Both the position numbers and the translations under genes were made by a program. This document shows, one piece after another, positions 1 to 10,135 of a stretch of 64,000 nucleotides of DNA. This DNA comes from an uncultured delta proteobacterium (GTDB lineage: Bacteria; Desulfobacterota; Desulfuromonadia; Desulfuromonadales; BM103), in the NCBI GenBank assembly GCA_963715335.1, contig CAVQRZ010000022.1, forward strand, positions 64,001 to 128,000, given 5' to 3'. The notes under the pieces were generated by a model. That model did no database searches. It saw nothing but the letters and a program-made list of their open reading frames with translations, and was not told the DNA's origin. The stretch's first letter is position 1, and each line of letters begins with the position of its first letter.

Positions 1-525
1 AAGATCGAAACGGAAGTGGAGCGCCTGAGAACCCTGACCGGTGGTCTGTTGTCGTTTTCAAGCAATCGGAGCACGCTGAACCGGGTCGTCAATCTAAATG
101 ACCTGATTGCCGAGGTGCTGAAACTCCTGCGCTTTGAACTTCAGCGCAAGTCGATCCGTCTTGAGACCGAATTCAGCGCGATCCCGGTCATCTCCGCCGA
201 TCCGAACAAGCTTAAGCAAGTGGTTATTAACCTTGTTATGAATGCGGTCCATGCTATACAGGGTGAAGGCAGGGTGGTACTGAAGACCTGTATCAACCGG
301 AATGGCCACCTCGAGCTGCTGGTCAAAGATGACGGCCCGGGAATTCCTGCAGAGTTGCAGGAACAGGTTTTTGCCCCGTTTTTTACGACCAAGCCAGAGG
401 GTGAAGGAACGGGCCTGGGGCTCTATATCTGCCAAAATATCATCCGTGAACATGGCGGCGTCTTGACTCTGGAAAGTCAACCCGGAGTGGGAACGACATT
501 CCGCATCTGTCTGCCTGTCGAATGA
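1..525 (+). CDS. Sensor histidine kinase, C-terminal HATPase part (5' truncated by window); candidate GnfK-like nitrogen kinase
   Basis: Frame open from base 1; N box QVVINLVMNA, G1 DDGPGI, F box FAPFFTTK, G2 GTGLGL; lies directly upstream of glnK-amtB. Confidence 0.9.
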   Translation, partial: KIETEVERLRTLTGGLLSFSSNRSTLNRVVNLNDLIAEVLKLLRFELQRKSIRLETEFSAIPVISADPNKLKQVVINLVMNAVHAIQGEGRVVLKTCINRNGHLELLVKDDGPGIPAELQEQVFAPFFTTKPEGEGTGLGLYICQNIIREHGGVLTLESQPGVGTTFRICLPVE

Positions 526-562
526 GCATTTAATCTGTGCATCCGTGTTGATTATTTAAGCA
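525..562 (+). promoter_or_regulatory. Tandem NtrC-like enhancer sites for the glnK promoter
   Basis: AGCATTTAATCTGTGCA (525-541) and TGTTGATTATTTAAGCA (546-562), 17-bp TGC-N11-GCA-like boxes 21 bp apart. Confidence 0.5.
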
Positions 563-609
563 GATTGACTCCATGAATGGCGACTATTGTTTGTAACTTA
601 CTGAAATAA

Positions 610-1158
<549 letters not shown>

Positions 1159-1196
1159 AACTAACGAAAGCTGAACAAGATAAAGGAGAAGAAATC

Positions 1197-2582
1197 ATGA
1201 AGAAGTTTCGTATTGCACTGCTCGCCGGTTCCTTGATTGCGCTGCCGGCCCTTGTCCTGGCTGAAGACGCACCGGTTTCTGAGATGTCTTATATCCTCAA
1301 TACCTTTTCGTTTCTGATCATGGGTGTGCTGGTCATGTGGATGGCAGCAGGTTTCGGCATGCTTGAGTCCGGCCTGGTCCGTTCCAAGAACGTTGCGACC
1401 ATCTGTCTGAAGAACATTTCGCTGTTTGGCATCGCCGGCATCCTCTTCTATCTCACTGGTTACAATCTCATGTATGCCGGCGTCGATGGCGGTTACATCG
1501 GTTCTTTCGGCATGTGGGCCGCTGACGATGCCGCAGCCCTGGCCGGCGATTATTCTGGTAATTACGCCGCAGCTTCCGACTGGTTTTTCCAGATGGTGTT
1601 CTGCGGTGCGGCTTGCTCGATCGTCTCAGGTTGTGTGGCCGAGCGCATCAAGCTCTGGTCGTTCCTGCTCTTCTGCGCGATCCTGTGTGGGATTATCTAC
1701 CCGATTCAGGGCTCCTGGGGCTGGGGCGGCGGCTGGCTGTCAGGCATGGGGTTTGTCGACTTCGCTGGTTCCACGATCGTTCACTCGGTTGGCGGCTGGG
1801 CCGCACTGACCGGTGCCATCATCCTCGGCGCCCGTAAAGGCAAGTACGGCAAGGGCGGACGCGTCAACCCGATGCCCGGTTCCAACATCCCGTTGGCCAC
1901 TCTCGGCACTTTTATCCTCTGGATGGGCTGGTACGGCTTCAATGGTGGCTCGGTCCTCGCTCTCGGTGATGCAGCCAGTGCCATTTCGATGTCCAACGTC
2001 ATGGTCAACACCAACATGGCTGCCTGCGGTGGCATGATCGCAGCCATGATCATGGTCCAGGTCCTCTACAAGAAGGTTGACGTAACCATGGCCCTCAACG
2101 GCGCACTGGCCGGCCTGGTCTCAATTACCGCCGGCCCGGATACCCCTTCTCTCGGCGCAGCCTGCCTGATCGGTGCCGTAGGCGGTGTCCTGGTTGTCCT
2201 GGCCGTTCCCTTCTTCGACAAACTGAAGATCGACGACGTGGTCGGTGCCCTCTCCGTCCACCTGGTCTGCGGCATCTGGGGCACCATGGCCGTGCCGTTT
2301 ACCAATGGTGAAGCGAGTTTTGTGACCCAGTTCATCGGTGTCGCAGCGACTGGCGCTTTCGTCATCGTTGCCAGCGCCATTGTCTGGTTTGCCATCAAGG
2401 TCACCATCGGTATCCGCTGCAGCGAGGAAGACGAGTATCGCGGCCTCGACGTCTCGGAAATCGGTATGGAAGCCTATCCTGACTTCCAGACGGTTCACCT
2501 CGGGGGCCTGGGATCCCCGGCTCCCGGTCTCGGCGATGCTCCCGCAGCAGCACGCGTGGCCAGACCGGTTGCTCAAAGCTGA
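1197..2582 (+). CDS. amtB: Ammonium transporter with signal peptide
   Basis: DFAGSTIVHSVGG, WMGWYGFNGGS, NGALAGLVSITA, IDDVVGALSVH; both conserved His present. Confidence 0.95.
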   Translation: MKKFRIALLAGSLIALPALVLAEDAPVSEMSYILNTFSFLIMGVLVMWMAAGFGMLESGLVRSKNVATICLKNISLFGIAGILFYLTGYNLMYAGVDGGYIGSFGMWAADDAAALAGDYSGNYAAASDWFFQMVFCGAACSIVSGCVAERIKLWSFLLFCAILCGIIYPIQGSWGWGGGWLSGMGFVDFAGSTIVHSVGGWAALTGAIILGARKGKYGKGGRVNPMPGSNIPLATLGTFILWMGWYGFNGGSVLALGDAASAISMSNVMVNTNMAACGGMIAAMIMVQVLYKKVDVTMALNGALAGLVSITAGPDTPSLGAACLIGAVGGVLVVLAVPFFDKLKIDDVVGALSVHLVCGIWGTMAVPFTNGEASFVTQFIGVAATGAFVIVASAIVWFAIKVTIGIRCSEEDEYRGLDVSEIGMEAYPDFQTVHLGGLGSPAPGLGDAPAAARVARPVAQS

Positions 2583-2594
2583 TCAATTAATCGC

Positions 2595-2629
2595 CCCCGC
2601 GGGACATTGTGTCCCGTGGGGATTTTTTT
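2595..2629 (+). terminator. Intrinsic terminator-like hairpin after amtB
   Basis: CCCCGCGGGAC-ATTGT-GTCCCGTGGGG followed by A and T7. Confidence 0.75.
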
Positions 2630-2662
2630 GTGCTTTTTTTTAAATAACAAAAGGAGAAAAAA

Positions 2663-3430
2663 ATGAAGAAAATGGTAATAGCTGGAATTGTGTTGTTTGT
2701 ATTGTCGTTCGCCGTGAGTGTGCCTGCCTTTGCGGCTATCGAGGTTGAGGGTGATGTGTATGCCGGGTTTTATGACAAGTACATGTGGCGAGGTCTGGAC
2801 TTGAGTGCCAGTGAGCCGGTTCTGCAGGGCGGCGTCGACATTAGTGCCAAAGGGTTCACCCTGAGCTACTGGTCAAACGTGCAGCTCTCCGATGGATGTT
2901 CGAGCGGTGATGACGAATGTGCCCTGGATAGCGATGAAGTGACTGAGACAGATATTACCCTGGATTACACCCATGAGTTTGGCTCGATTTCGGTAAGCGT
3001 CGGTGACATCTACTATAACTTCAATGTCCCAGGCAACACTCACGAACTCTATCTCGGCGTCTCTGCCGACGTTCTGCTCTCCCCGTCGGTCAAGGTCTAC
3101 TACGACTGGGATTATGCCAATGATATCGATGTCGATGGTCTCTACTACAGCTTCGGTGTGAGCCACAGCTTTGGCTTGATGGAAAACCTTTCGCTTGGCC
3201 TTGGCGCCGCCGCCAACTACAGCGATGAGAGCCCGTACCTGCTGGATGCTAACGAGGAAGTTTACTCTGAATGGCACAACTACGAGCTGAGCAGCAGTAT
3301 TGACTACGCGATTACCGATCAGATTTCTGTTTCTGCATCTTTTGTCTTCTCAGAGGGCCTCAGCGATGAATCCAGAGAGGCCCTTGACAGCGAAATGGCT
3401 AGCGGAGTGAGCGTAACCTTGGCTTTCTAA
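2663..3430 (+). CDS. Outer-membrane beta-barrel, TorF/TIGR02001-like putative porin
   Basis: Signal peptide (AFA), DKYMWRG...PVLQGGVD motif, alternating beta-strand pattern, C-terminal Phe; family often next to glnK/amtB. Confidence 0.75.
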   Translation: MKKMVIAGIVLFVLSFAVSVPAFAAIEVEGDVYAGFYDKYMWRGLDLSASEPVLQGGVDISAKGFTLSYWSNVQLSDGCSSGDDECALDSDEVTETDITLDYTHEFGSISVSVGDIYYNFNVPGNTHELYLGVSADVLLSPSVKVYYDWDYANDIDVDGLYYSFGVSHSFGLMENLSLGLGAAANYSDESPYLLDANEEVYSEWHNYELSSSIDYAITDQISVSASFVFSEGLSDESREALDSEMASGVSVTLAF

Positions 3431-3474
3431 GGATGGGACATCCCAACACCGTCAGGTGTTGCCTCCTGACGATT

Positions 3475-3507
3475 GAGCCGCCACGTCCTGGTACATGGCG
3501 GCTTTTT
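3475..3507 (+). terminator. Intrinsic terminator after porin gene
   Basis: GAGCCGCCACGT...ACATGGCGGCTT then T run. Confidence 0.7.
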
Positions 3508-3641
3508 CAAGCGGTGGATAAAAGAATCCCGGAAAAGGTTTGTATCGTACAACATAGGTCTGTCAGGGTATGCACCTAGAACATTCGGCTGGCGGCCATT
3601 ACTTTGTCTGGCCGTCGCGACAACTCGTTGGGCCCGCCAAA

Positions 3642-4328
3642 TCATATCAGCATCTCTTGGGCAACTTCCCCGATTCGGTCCAGGAAAAACTGCCAATCCC
3701 CCAGGCTGTTGTTGCCAGGTTCGTCCAGAGCCTGCCTGGCACAGTTTATCCGCTTTGAGACGTTCTCAAAACGGCCTCGGTTTGTGAGCTTAAATGAGTC
3801 AGCTGGTTGACGATTCTCCGGGGTGGTGCAGTCACATTTACAATAAATCTCGGCGGTCAAGATTTGATCTTTTTGTAAAACGGCCATCTCTCGGGCTCTG
3901 GCGAATAACTCCGGATGGAGATTATTCAGGTATAGCAGCCCCTTCATGGCGTTACTGAAAAGATTTTCACAGGGGTGGAAAAGGTCTCCGTACTCCCTGA
4001 CGGCCCGCCGGATGATTTTTTCTTCCCAAAGGATGTCCTTAGGCAACTTCAGCGCTGTCTTGCGTCCCTTGGCCTTGGAATACTCGCTGTCGTCAAACAG
4101 TTCGGGAGTGAGGTGGCCGATGTCTTCGAATAGTGCGGGAGTGAGGAGATCGATATCTTCGAGTATTTCAGGGTAGGCCTGTTCCATGGCCTCTAAAAAC
4201 TGCTTTGCCCTGTACTTCTCCTTCGGGGTGCCTATCGAGAAAATGATTCGCTCCAGGGCCATTCTCTGTCGTAGCCGATGCACCCAGACAAACTCACGGG
4301 CGGTTAATTTTTCAGTGGGCTTTGTCAT
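3642..4328 (-). CDS. Hypothetical protein with internal 11-aa repeat
   Basis: 228-aa ORF with GGA RBS-like site, protein-like composition; no family recognised. Confidence 0.6.
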   Translation of the reverse strand: MTKPTEKLTAREFVWVHRLRQRMALERIIFSIGTPKEKYRAKQFLEAMEQAYPEILEDIDLLTPALFEDIGHLTPELFDDSEYSKAKGRKTALKLPKDILWEEKIIRRAVREYGDLFHPCENLFSNAMKGLLYLNNLHPELFARAREMAVLQKDQILTAEIYCKCDCTTPENRQPADSFKLTNRGRFENVSKRINCARQALDEPGNNSLGDWQFFLDRIGEVAQEMLI

Positions 4329-4397
4329 CGGTCCACTCCAACGTATATATTCGATAAATTTACCCTTGGGTCCGGCAATCTTTTTATTATGGTCGGA

Positions 4398-4790
4398 TCA
4401 GGTTGCAATGAATTTCAGGGCCGCCGAGTTGATACAATAACGCAGGCCGGTGGGCTCGGGGCCGTCCTCAAAGACATGCCCCAGGTGTCCCTCGCAACGG
4501 CTGCAATGCACTTCGTTGCGGACCATCAGCCAACTGCGGTCCTTCGCATGGCCAATATTCTCCCTGGCTATCGGCTGGTAAAAACTCGGCCAGCCGCTTC
4601 CGGAATCATATTTGTTGTCGGCATGGAACAGGTCCTGACCGCAGCAGACGCATTGATAGACGCCGGACTCGTAATATTTGTCATATTCGCCGGAAAAAGC
4701 ACGTTCGGTTCCGCGCTCACGGGTCACCCGGAATTGTTCCGTTGTGAGCTGGGCCTGCCACTCTTGCTTGGTTTTTATAATTTTGCCCAT
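4398..4790 (-). CDS. msrB: Peptide-methionine (R)-S-oxide reductase
   Basis: GTERAFSG, CVCC, DSGSGWPSF, CSRC, GHLGHVFEDGP, RYCINSAAL. Confidence 0.95.
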   Translation of the reverse strand: MGKIIKTKQEWQAQLTTEQFRVTRERGTERAFSGEYDKYYESGVYQCVCCGQDLFHADNKYDSGSGWPSFYQPIARENIGHAKDRSWLMVRNEVHCSRCEGHLGHVFEDGPEPTGLRYCINSAALKFIAT

Positions 4791-5091
4791 GGTGTAAGCC
4801 TCCCCGGCGGCATCTCAGCAATCGAGCCGTTTGCACAGCATAACATAACTCGATTCATACTGCATTCGCCCAGGGGCCTTCCAAGTCGAATCAGAGTGAG
4901 ATAGCCTGTTGCCGGATGTCTTAAGAGAATCTCGGTGCCTAGCGTTGCCGTTGGTTGACGATGCGGCATGCAGGTTTTACTTGAACAGAGGCAGCATGAA
5001 GGCGTGTTTTTGTCCGATGCATTCTGCCCACATGCTGTTATTATGGTCGTGTAAGTAAAATGATTTAGTCCATCTATCTGGGGAGACGAAA

Positions 5092-5664
5092 ATGAAAAAA
5101 GTCCTTTTGCTGGTTGTGTTTACACTGACTCTTGTGTCCCTGAGCGCATGTTTAGCGCCTCAGGGCGATACTCCGGAAAAGAAACGTACCGCGATCATCG
5201 ACATGCACGATGATACGCTCTCCCGGCTTTATCAACAGCGGCCTACGGCCAGGAGCGTAATCGACCAGTCCGCTGGTTACGCGGTTTTCAGTAATGTGAA
5301 TGCCCTGTATTTAATAGTCGGAGGTGGGGGTGGCTATGGTGTCGCTGTCGACCGGTCATCAGGACACAAGACTTACATGAAGATGGCCCAAGTTGATCTG
5401 GGCCTGGGGCTGGGCGTCCAGGACATCCGTGTCATTTTCGTTTTTCACAGTGCCCGGGCTTACATGGATTTCGTCAACAGCGGCTGGGAGTTCGGCGGCC
5501 AGGCTGATGCGGTAGCGAAGGCGCGCGATAAGGGTGTCGCAGCGACTGGAGAGATTTCGATTGATGCTGAAACGACCATGTACACCATGTCGGAAGCAGG
5601 CCTGATGGCCAAGGTCAACCTGGCCGGAACCAAGTACTGGAAAGATGCTGGCCTGAATTATTAA
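5092..5664 (+). CDS. YSC84/SYLF-like lipoprotein
   Basis: Lipobox LSAC; GYAVF, GGGGGYGV, GLGLG, GWEFGGQADA, GTKYW motifs. Confidence 0.75.
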   Translation: MKKVLLLVVFTLTLVSLSACLAPQGDTPEKKRTAIIDMHDDTLSRLYQQRPTARSVIDQSAGYAVFSNVNALYLIVGGGGGYGVAVDRSSGHKTYMKMAQVDLGLGLGVQDIRVIFVFHSARAYMDFVNSGWEFGGQADAVAKARDKGVAATGEISIDAETTMYTMSEAGLMAKVNLAGTKYWKDAGLNY

Positions 5665-5693
5665 TCGAAATGGTTCCAGCAAGGAGATAAGCC

Positions 5694-6455
5694 ATGCCGG
5701 AGATTGAAACTGTCGATATCATCAGGGCGAAAGATCGCCATTTTACAGATCTTGGCTGGCTGAAAACCTATTGGCTGTTTTCCTTTGCCAACTATTACGA
5801 TCCGCACAATATCCAGTTTGGCGCCTTGCGGGTTTTCAACGACGACGTGGTCGAACCGGGCACCGGTTTTCCGACCCATCCCCACGAGGAGATGGAGATC
5901 ATAACCATCGTCCTTGATGGCGAGATGACCCACCAGGACAGCATGGGCAACAAGGCCGCCATCAAGGCTGGTGACGTGCAGAGGATGTCTGCCGGAACCG
6001 GTTTGACGCACTCCGAATTTAATCTTGCCGATGAACCTGTGCACTTCTACCAGATCTGGGTCTTGCCTGATGCCCAGAGGCTGGAACCCTCTTATGATCA
6101 GCGTAGTTTTACTCCCTCACAATGGCGGAACAGGATCCTGCCGGTTGCGTCCGGCCAGGGGCTGGAAAACGTGGTGAGCTTCCACGCTGATGCCACCATT
6201 TATCGTGGGCAGCTGGATGCTGGGAATCGTCTGGATTTCGACAATACGGCCGGACGCAGGCTTTTTGTCTATCTGACCGAGGGGGAATTGACGCTGGACG
6301 GTTTGGTCCTCAGCAAAGCAGATCAGGCCCGTGTCGATAAAGAGAAGCCCTTGTGCCTGGTGGCCGGTGCTGACGCCGAATTCATCTTGGTGGATGTCCC
6401 GTCCTGCAAGGGGTGGGGATACAGCGACAGGACCCTGAGCGGCAAGAAGCAATAA
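5694..6455 (+). CDS. Pirin family protein (YhhW-like)
   Basis: FSFANYYDP, LRVFNDD, GFPTHPHEEMEI, HQDSMGN, MSAGTGLTHSE. Confidence 0.9.
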   Translation: MPEIETVDIIRAKDRHFTDLGWLKTYWLFSFANYYDPHNIQFGALRVFNDDVVEPGTGFPTHPHEEMEIITIVLDGEMTHQDSMGNKAAIKAGDVQRMSAGTGLTHSEFNLADEPVHFYQIWVLPDAQRLEPSYDQRSFTPSQWRNRILPVASGQGLENVVSFHADATIYRGQLDAGNRLDFDNTAGRRLFVYLTEGELTLDGLVLSKADQARVDKEKPLCLVAGADAEFILVDVPSCKGWGYSDRTLSGKKQ

Positions 6456-6625
6456 ACCGAACCGCAACTGCGGACAAATAAAATGGTGCAGGATGCTTTA
6501 TCGTGATAAAGCCATCGGGCAGTTCCTGCGCGGAGTGGCGATGGGGCTGGCGTGAGATTTGCCCTGTCGCTTGTTTAACAGGCTAAATTGCCGGTCATTT
6601 TGCTGCTTGTCGCGCAGAAACTAAT

Positions 6626-7153
6626 TTAGCAACCGCTGATCCAGGCGATATCCAGTTGAAAAGGCCCTTCTTGGCGGTCGGCAATAAAAAGGCCGAAACT
6701 TTTCACGTTTGCAGCATCCATGGGCGGGACTGTTGTCAGCCTGACGCCGTGGTGGGTGGGGGTGAAAGTATCGAACGGCAAAGTAATCTCCTGCCATGTC
6801 TCTGTTTGAGTCGCGAAAGAGGTTTGGTAGCTGACACCATCGTAGAAGAGGTCGGTACGCAGACTGAGCTTGTAGGTCCGGCCGTCGCCGCGCACCCGGA
6901 TTCTCAAACCTGAATACCTGCTGAGATCGAAGCAGCCTTGAGTGGAACGTATCGAGGCGAAGCCGCCGTGGTTGTCGAGGGATACGCTTCCCGAGAACCG
7001 CAGGCCAACGCCCAGAATGTACTCCGGCTGGCTCCGCGAGCAACCGCCCATGATGCGGTCATCAATTGCTTCCCAGTTGATTGGCGGAACGTCACAGGTA
7101 AAGCCCAGAATCACATCGTCAGTTGAATTGGTCATACGCTCTCCGTAGGTCAT
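6626..7153 (-). CDS. CIA30 (NDUFAF1-like) family protein
   Basis: DDRIMGGCS, FSGSVSLDNHGGFASIR, RVRGDGRTY, EGPFQLDI. Confidence 0.85.
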   Translation of the reverse strand: MTYGERMTNSTDDVILGFTCDVPPINWEAIDDRIMGGCSRSQPEYILGVGLRFSGSVSLDNHGGFASIRSTQGCFDLSRYSGLRIRVRGDGRTYKLSLRTDLFYDGVSYQTSFATQTETWQEITLPFDTFTPTHHGVRLTTVPPMDAANVKSFGLFIADRQEGPFQLDIAWISGC

Positions 7154-7333
7154 TGACTCATTGGCATGGCTTCTACCCCGATTCGGGGCCGGTTGTCAAC
7201 CACGCAAAAGGTTGTATCGATGTGTCGCTTAAGAGTGGTAACGAGGGTCGGGAAAAGCTTCTTCTGGAAGATACATCGTCTGATGTGATACATTGCCGAT
7301 TGGAATGGAATCACGGAGTCCCAGAATCTATTT

Positions 7334-8530
7334 ATGCACCTCTTGAGATCACTTCTACTGCTGCTTGTCCCGGGCGTACTCTTTTTGGCCGCGCTCTACC
7401 TTCAACTCAGGGTGACAATTCCGGAGGCCTGGCTGGGGCTGTTGTCCCTGTTCCCCTACCTGGCGGTTGCCGCCGGCCTGTTTCTCGGCTGGCGATTCAA
7501 TCGTACCCGTGTGCTCTGGGCGATAGCCCTGCTGGTTGTTGTTGAACGTAGTCTGAATCTGGCAACGCCATTCGGTCGCGAATATCTATTATCGATTTTA
7601 CCGCTGCTCGTTCCGATCAACCTGGTCCTGTTCACCTGGTGGAGTGAACGTGGACTTATCACCCGCCATGGATTGCTTCGCCTGATTATCCTGCTGCTGC
7701 AGTGTGGCACGTTCGCCTGGCTCTACACGGCCCGGGCAGATGATGTGATCGCCTTTTTGGGCCAGCCGTTAATAAGCAACACCGTTTTGGACAAACTCCC
7801 CTTTCCACAGGCGATTCTGGCATGCATGGTGTTTTGCCAGCTTGTTATTGTCCTGCGTTTCTGTAATAAACCAGATGCGATCGAAGGCGGCTTCTGTTGG
7901 GTCCTCCCTGCGGTCATTGCGGGCTTCTGGTGGGCCGAATCTTTTGCGTTCTGGTGCGGTGCCGCAGCCTTCATTTTGACGACTGCCATCATCGAAAGCA
8001 GCTTCAGAATGGCATTCAACGACGAGCTGACCGGTCTGCCGGCGCGTCGAGCCATGAATGAGTTTTTGCTCAAGGTCGGGCGAAAATACACGCTGGCCAT
8101 GGTCGACGTCGATCATTTCAAGAAGGTCAACGATACCTATGGCCATGATGTCGGTGACCAGGTTCTGCGCATGGTCGCAACCTGTCTGAGAAGGGTGACC
8201 GGTGGCGGCCGTGCCTATCGTTACGGCGGCGAAGAGTTTGCCATCATCTTCCCCAGCAAGGAACTTGAGCGGGCCTTGCCGCATCTCGAAATGCTGCGTG
8301 AAACCATTGCCGGCTCGGGGTTTGTTGTCCGCGGGAAGAAAAGGCCCAAACAGAAACCGAATGCGCCGATCAGTAAGGCAAGTGGGAAGACGCAACTCCA
8401 TGTCACGGTCAGTATCGGCGTCACCAGTCGTGACGATATAAACACGACCCCGGGACAGCTGATCAAGGCTGCCGACCAGGCTCTCTACAAGGCAAAGAAA
8501 GGCGGGCGAAACCAGGTTTGCAAGGCATGA
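7334..8530 (+). CDS. Membrane-anchored diguanylate cyclase
   Basis: Multiple N-terminal TM helices; DELTGL, DVDHFKKVNDTYGHDVGD, RYGGEEF; no RxxD I-site. Confidence 0.9.
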   Translation: MHLLRSLLLLLVPGVLFLAALYLQLRVTIPEAWLGLLSLFPYLAVAAGLFLGWRFNRTRVLWAIALLVVVERSLNLATPFGREYLLSILPLLVPINLVLFTWWSERGLITRHGLLRLIILLLQCGTFAWLYTARADDVIAFLGQPLISNTVLDKLPFPQAILACMVFCQLVIVLRFCNKPDAIEGGFCWVLPAVIAGFWWAESFAFWCGAAAFILTTAIIESSFRMAFNDELTGLPARRAMNEFLLKVGRKYTLAMVDVDHFKKVNDTYGHDVGDQVLRMVATCLRRVTGGGRAYRYGGEEFAIIFPSKELERALPHLEMLRETIAGSGFVVRGKKRPKQKPNAPISKASGKTQLHVTVSIGVTSRDDINTTPGQLIKAADQALYKAKKGGRNQVCKA

Positions 8531-8555
8531 TGGACATTGGAATCGTTATCGAAGA

Positions 8556-8588
8556 ACAACGGCCGCTTAGAGTCCCAGCGGCCGTTGT
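8556..8588. terminator. Hairpin between convergent genes (probable bidirectional terminator)
   Basis: ACAACGGCCGCT-N9-AGCGGCCGTTGT. Confidence 0.65.
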
Positions 8589-8622
8589 CGTTTCAAATCG
8601 GTGTGCTTGAAGGCTTGAAGGG

Positions 8623-9837
8623 TTAACTGACAGAATCTTCCGGGTAGGAACCGATCTTGTGGATCGTCAGGTCGGAACCGCGGAACTCCTCTTCATCCCC
8701 AAGGCGGAAACCAAACACTTTGACAATTAACGAGTAGACCGCAAAACCGGTGGCAAGCGCGTAGACAATGGCAAAAAGACTGCCGATCAGCTGTGACATA
8801 AAGCTGACGCCACCCAGGCCGCCAAAGCCTGTATAACCGAAGATCCCTGCAGAGATCCCGCCCCAGGTGCCGATGATGCCATGGAGTGGCCAAACGCCGA
8901 GGACATCGTCAATCTTGAGTTTCTCCTGCTCCCATTGGAATCCGTAGACAAAAATCAGGGCACCCAATCCGCCAATCAGGAATGCCGCAAAGGGGTGGAC
9001 CAGGTCGGAACCGGCACAGATAGCAATCAGGCCAGCAAGGGCGCCGTTGTGCGCAAAACCTGGGTCGCATTTTGTGGCGACTACGGCAAACAGGACACCG
9101 CCGACCATGGCGAGCAGTGAATTTGCCGCGACGAGGCCGGAGATACCGCTAAGGTTCTGGGCACTCATGACGTTGAAACCGAACCAGCCGATCGCAAGTA
9201 TCCAGCTGCCGAGAGCCAGGAACGGGATATTACTGATCGGGATCGCATGGCTCTTGCCACGCACCCAGCGGCCCATTCGGGGTCCGAGCAGGAGGACTGC
9301 CGGTAATGCGAGCCAGCCGCCCATGGAGTGGACGACGACGCTGCCAGCAAAATCATGAAACGGAGCACCGAACGTGCTGGCAAACCAATCCTGCAGGCCC
9401 GAACTGTTTTGTCCCCAAATCAATGATTCGAAGAAGGGGTAGGTGAGGCCGGCGAAGATAGCTCCGGCAAAAACCTGTGGCCAGAAACGGGCCCGTTCAG
9501 CAATGCCGCCGGAGATAATTGCCGGGATACAGGCTGCGAAACAGAGGAGGAAGAAGAAGCGTACCAGCTCATAGCCCTGGTTTGCACCGATCAGCCCTTC
9601 TGCTGACATGAAAAAATGCACGCCGTACGCGATCGGGTAGCCGACAAGAAAGTAAACGACGGTTGAGACCGACCAGTCGGTCAGGATTTTCACCAGGGCG
9701 TTGGTTTGGTTTTTCCTGCGGACAGTACCGACCTCGAGGAAGGCAAAGCCTGCGTGCATGGCAAAAACCATGACGGCGCCGAGCATCAGGAACAGGACAT
9801 CACCTGAATTGGTGAGTGATCGAACAGCAGAATCCAT
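8623..9837 (-). CDS. amt: Second ammonium transporter (Amt family)
   Basis: MHAGFAFLEVG, HDFAGSVVVHSMGG, GWFGFN, HNGALAGLIAICA, IDDVLGVWPLHG; RBS AGGAGG. Confidence 0.92.
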   Translation of the reverse strand: MDSAVRSLTNSGDVLFLMLGAVMVFAMHAGFAFLEVGTVRRKNQTNALVKILTDWSVSTVVYFLVGYPIAYGVHFFMSAEGLIGANQGYELVRFFFLLCFAACIPAIISGGIAERARFWPQVFAGAIFAGLTYPFFESLIWGQNSSGLQDWFASTFGAPFHDFAGSVVVHSMGGWLALPAVLLLGPRMGRWVRGKSHAIPISNIPFLALGSWILAIGWFGFNVMSAQNLSGISGLVAANSLLAMVGGVLFAVVATKCDPGFAHNGALAGLIAICAGSDLVHPFAAFLIGGLGALIFVYGFQWEQEKLKIDDVLGVWPLHGIIGTWGGISAGIFGYTGFGGLGGVSFMSQLIGSLFAIVYALATGFAVYSLIVKVFGFRLGDEEEFRGSDLTIHKIGSYPEDSVS

Positions 9838-9903
9838 GGATAAAGACCTCCTTGTCTTGCTTGGTGGCTACAGACCCCATTGTCCCAGCCTCCCATTGCC
9901 AGC

Positions 9904-9919
9904 TTCAATACTTGTGCCG
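9904..9919 (-). promoter_or_regulatory. Sigma54-like promoter of second amt
   Basis: Minus strand CGGCAC-AAGTA-TTGAA (-12 GA instead of GC). Confidence 0.55.
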
Positions 9920-9980
9920 TAAATATTTACCGTAATTACATGTAGTTATGCCTTGTCCGTGGCTGAGTGTGAATAAAGAA

Positions 9981-10019
9981 TGCTTATTTGTCGTGCAGGG
10001 TGCGCCTTGAATTTAGGCA
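9981..10019 (-). promoter_or_regulatory. Tandem NtrC-like enhancer sites for second amt
   Basis: TGCTTATTTGTCGTGCA (9981-9997) and CGCCTTGAATTTAGGCA (10003-10019), same geometry as at glnK. Confidence 0.5.
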
Positions 10020-10135
10020 AACATGTATTGCCGACTGACCTTTCAGTTGTCCGCGAAGTTTCCGCATCTCAAGTGATTGGCGGACAGATGCGAGATATGA
10101 TAGCTTGTAAGCATCAAGCTCAGCGAGGTGAAGCC

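Noticed and set aside
3444..3471. Overlapping alternative hairpins (CAACACC/GGTGTTG and CGTCAGG/CCTGACG) before a terminator
   Set aside because: Located in a 3' UTR with no downstream same-strand gene to regulate
9872..9898. Two CAATGGG repeats in the second amt leader resembling ANTAR loops
   Set aside because: Only the downstream one forms a proper 6-nt-loop hairpin; the first overlaps the predicted TSS and no terminator follows
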